A program made the position numbers and the translations under genes. 40,598 nucleotides of DNA, taken from contig JAWQFM010000036.1 of assembly GCA_033442325.1 (NCBI GenBank), positions 20,575-61,172 of the forward strand, written 5' to 3'. Under the pieces are notes generated by a model. It was not told the origin of the DNA. It made no database searches and saw only the letters and a program-made list of their open reading frames with translations. The first letter of the stretch is position 1; every line of letters starts with the position of its first letter. Source of the DNA: Salpingoeca rosetta. Taxonomy: Eukaryota > Protista > Choanoflagellata. This document shows, one piece after another, positions 36,559-40,598 of the stretch.

Positions 36559-38738
36559 TGCACCACCTGCCATCACGCTGCTGCTGCTGGTGGTTGGCGA
36601 GGCGGTGGGTGGCGGGTGCTGTTGGTCGCCGTGGTGGTGGTGGTCCTTGAGTTATCGCTTTCTGTCATCGATGCAACAAACTCCAGTGACTCACGCTACT
36701 GCACCAACCCCCTCCTCCTCCTCCTCCTCCTCCTCTTCCTCCTCCTGCTTTGACTGCCGCCTGCCCTGCGTGCGCTCGCCCGTGTTGCCCCGTTGCGACA
36801 GGATGATGAGGTTGAGAACCGCAAGTTCTGGATCCAGAGCCACAAAATCCACATCAGCCGTCTCGAGGTGCCTTTCCCTGCACAAGCACACATGCACACA
36901 TGCACACATGCACACATGCACATGTCATGGCTCTGCTGCATGATTCGAAGAGGGGCGTACCGGAGTGGAGGATGTGTGTGTGTGTGTGTGTGTATGTGTG
37001 TGTATGTGTGCCACCGTGTGTAATACTGTGTTTGTGTATGTGTACGTCGCTTTTCATTGTAGCTTGTGTCGTTTTGTTTCCACCAGTCACACATTACGCG
37101 GGCAGTCACTCACACCTGGATGATGTTCGTTTTGTCATCATGTGTGTGTGTGTTTGTTTTGTGCCACCGTGTGTGTGTGTGTGTCGCCGTTTGTGCTGCG
37201 ATATGTTACGATGTGCGTGCGTGCGGCAGCTGCTGCTGAAGCTGCTCGACAACGACTCTGTGCCGGCGGCGCAGATTGAGCCGCTGCAGGACGAGTTTGA
37301 GACGTACTTTGACGAGAACGAGAACAGCGACTTTTACGAGACGGACTGGTTCTACGAGGACCTCGAGGAATTCCTCAGAGACAACGGGGTGCGCTGCCGC
37401 CCTTGCGTCAGCATGCTCATATCGCTTTGTGGTGATGGTGGTGCATGTGGTGGTGGTATTGCACAAACTGCACGCTGCCTGCTCATAACCCCCCCCACCC
37501 CTTCCTCCGCTCCTGCCTGCTCACCACGTTCGTATCTCCATCTTAGATGCCTGGAGCGTTGGAACCGCCAGAAATTCCACTCGAGGTGCGACCACAACAC
37601 ACACGTGACATGTGTTGATTCTGGCGTTGCACATGCTGCTGCTGTTGCTGCACATGGTGCTGCTGTTGCTGCATGTGTTGTTGCTGGCTGCTGCCTCTCT
37701 CCAACTCGCTGACCTCGCCCACAACTCACTCACAATATTTGCAACTTCCTTCGCCATCCATCCATCCATCCACTCAATCATTCATTCATGTGGTCCTTTG
37801 CAGCCTGAGCCACCAAAGGAAGAGGACAAGAAGAAGGACAAGAAGAAGAGTAAGCACCCGATCCTATCGAGCCTTTGTCTTGTGCATTGACTCCGAAACA
37901 CCATTTCACCCACGTCACATCTCAACACAATTCAACACAATTCAACACATCTCAACACAACTCAACACCTGCACCGCCGCACCCTCACCTCCCGCGCCAC
38001 ATGTTTTGCCTGTGTGCTTGCGCGCGTGCCAATTTACAGAGAAGAAGAAGGAGAAGAAGTCCACCAGCACCGCAGCATCGGAAAAGGTTTGTCCCTCGCC
38101 ACCACACACGCACACACACACACATACAACACACACACACACACACCAACCACCACAACTACCACATCGTCATCATTCCCTTTACCTCATTCCCCCTCAA
38201 CACCCCTTCCCTCATCCACCCCCACCTCCACCTCTTCTGTTGTGTGCACCAGTCGACGCCCAAGACGGCGCCATCTGCGCCCGCAGGAGCAGTGACAACT
38301 AGCAACGGCAACGGCAGCAATAAGGTTGCAGCCACGCCAACAAAGGCAAAGCCAGCAACAGCAACAGCAACAGCAACAGCCGCAGCAGGAGGGAAGGGCA
38401 AGGCTGTGCCGGGGACGCCAGCCAAGGGCAGCAAAGGCGGCCCAACAGCAGCAGCGAGCACCCCAACCAAGCCCGCGCCAGCATCAACCTCCTCATCCAC
38501 CACAACAGCAGCAGCAGCAGCAGCAGCAGCGGGCGGCAAGACGGCAACAACAGCAGCGACCACAAAGTCATCATCATCGTCGTCGTCGTCGGCGGCACCT
38601 GGAGCGCGCGGTGGTGTTGTACTGCCGCCGTCACCGAGCAAAGGGCCGGCCCTCCCGCGCCAGTCGTCAGCTCCGGCCGCATCCCCAGCAAAGGTGCACA
38701 GTGATGGTGGTGGTGGTGGTGGCGGTTGTTGCTGTTAA

Positions 38739-38775
<37 letters not shown>

Positions 38776-39449
38776 CTTGTTGTTGTTCTTGTTGTTGTTC
38801 CTGCTGCTGCTTTGCATGTGAACATACAACGGCACTTTATTGTCACGTTCCTGCTCATCACCCCTTGTCACTCCATGGCGTTTCTTGTGCGCAGGCTGCA
38901 CCCGCCATCAACTTTGCTGCAGCCGCAAGGGTTTGTTTCGCTGCTTCTGATGTGGATGCGCGCGCGCGTGTGTGAGTGTTTGTTCGTGCGGGCATTGCCT
39001 GCGTGTCTCGTCTGTTTCTGTTGCATTCACGAGACCGTCTTACACGTTTTCGTTTGCTCCTTGTCCCCCCTCCCTTTCATCACTGGATGCCGTGTTGACA
39101 CCACCTCAATACAGCAACGGACCAAGTCTGGCTCAAAAGGTGAGGAAACACAGTGTCTGTGCTGCCTCCACTGACGCCTTGCATTCCGTGCCCTTGCTCC
39201 ATGACTCATTACTCACCACCACCACCACCATCACAACCAACCACCCTTATCAGCGTCGCCTGATGTTGGGCCGGCTGCGCCCCAATCACCTCGCCAGGCA
39301 GCAGCACCCCGCCCACCGGTCAGCAGACATGCACGCGCACTTACAAACATGCACATGTTTATGCACACACATATACATGCGCCTGCGCACATTCACCCAC
39401 ACAAACATAAAACACACACATCCACATACACACACTCACTCACACGCAC

Positions 39450-39531
<82 letters not shown>

Positions 39532-39857
39532 CGACGACGACNNNNNNNNNNNNNNNNNNNNNNNNNNNNNNNNNNNNNNNNNNNNNNNNNNNNNNNNNNN
39601 NNNNNNNNNNNNNNNNNNNNNNNNNNNNNNNNNNNNNNNNNNNNNNNNNNNNNNNNNNNNNNNNNNNNNNNNNNNNNNNNNNNNNNNNNNNNNNNNNNNN
39701 NNNNNNNNNNNNNNNNNNNNNNNNNNNNNNNNNNNNNNNNNNNNNNNNNNNNNNNNNNNNNNNNNNNNNNNNNNNAGATGGTGCCGGCACTGGTGTTAAT
39801 ACCCTCGTTATCGTAAATCACTTTTTCTCACGTTACATTTTCCTCCCGATAGGGTGG

Positions 39858-39902
<45 letters not shown>

Positions 39903-40598
39903 CGTTCCTCATCAGGCAACTGCGGGACGTTGAGGACTTCCTGACGATTACGGGCGGGTCGTATCGACCGGAGATGCCGCGGCAAGGGCCCATCCATTAC
40001 CCGACGCTCCCGCTCAACCTCTTTGAAACGTGAGTCGCAGGCAGCGAACACGCGTGGTTGATGAAGGAGGGGGGGGGACGGTTGCATTGTTAGAAGAAGA
40101 GTGTATGCAGAGTGTTTGCGATGCGTGTCGCGTCTACATACACACACACACACACACAAGCACACACACACACACACAAGCACACACACACACACAAGCA
40201 CACACACACACACAACATACACACACACACACACACACGATGAAGCAAATTGACGTTGCATTGTTGCATCACCAACTGACACTTGTGTTGTGTTCTCTTT
40301 TGGGTTCTCAACAGAACGGAGATCTACTCAAAGCTGCTGGACACAACGCTCTTCTTCATCTTCTACCACAGACCCGTGCGTTTGCGTTGCATTGCGTTTT
40401 GCACGTGGTGTATGTGCTGTTGTATGCGCTGCTGTGCTGGCGCTCAGCTGTTCACGTGCTGTGCTGATGATAGCCCTTCACCACCGCGGCCCCTTTCTTT
40501 CCCTCTCTCACGCAAAACACACACGCAAACACACGCAAACACACACACACACCCATACACGCATATACGCGCATCTCCCACGAACACGACCATCCAGA
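34830..40598 (+). CDS. CNOT3: CCR4-NOT complex subunit 3 (NOT3/NOT5), multi-exon, incomplete (assembly gap; continues past the window end)
   Basis: Exon peptides: MAGARKLQ (34830-34854), [13 protein letters not shown] (35050-35117), [22 protein letters not shown] (35360-35434), [16 protein letters not shown] (35701-35793), [22 protein letters not shown] (36055-36115, 36325-), HISRLE|[14 protein letters not shown] low-complexity middle follows. After the gap come YRPEMP..HYPTLP (~39915-40029) and the NOT-box start [17 protein letters not shown] (~40314-40374). Confidence 0.93.
39542..39775. other. Assembly gap (234 N) inside CNOT3, abutting (CA)n/(CGA)n repeats
   Basis: Run of N characters. 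Confidence 0.99.

Larger units (their letters stand above)
1..40598. repeat. Pervasive (CA)n/(TG)n microsatellites, mostly in introns and intergenic DNA
   Basis: Dozens of tracts (e.g. 6777-6826, 9317-9410, 12634-12705, 24577-24660, 26971-27055, 32114-32202) generate the spurious poly-HT/VC ORFs. Confidence 0.95.

Noticed and set aside
1-40598. Hundreds of ORF-track entries rich in HTHTHT or VCVCVC
   Set aside because: They are translations of (CA)n/(TG)n microsatellites, which contain no stop codons. The real genes are spliced.

Overview
Eukaryotic, intron-rich DNA saturated with (CA)n/(TG)n microsatellites. The style and gene content suggest a choanoflagellate such as Salpingoeca rosetta (inference, not verified). 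Most ORF-track entries are microsatellite artefacts, so genes were rebuilt by hand from GT-AG splice sites. The left ~14 kb contains no intact gene that I could find, only a frameshifted exostosin (GT47/EXT) pseudogene (minus) and a broken 3' fragment of importin-5 (plus). Next is an intact 18-exon, ~1696-aa ROCO gene (14761-23018, +) with the architecture LRR-ANK-Roc-COR-TIR-SAM. Its LRRs are each encoded by an 84-nt phase-2 exon with hypervariable surface codons, its C-terminal COR part is tandemly duplicated, and its SARM1-like TIR keeps the catalytic Glu. This makes it a candidate immune or cell-death receptor with NADase output. Convergent with it is a 10-exon gene encoding a PH domain fused to a divergent PARP-like domain (24271-28118, -). 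After that come AAMP/SQT1 WD40 (+), an unknown secreted Cys-rich protein (-), and CNOT3/NOT3 (+), which spans an assembly gap and runs off the window end. All domain calls are by eye from motifs; no database search was run.
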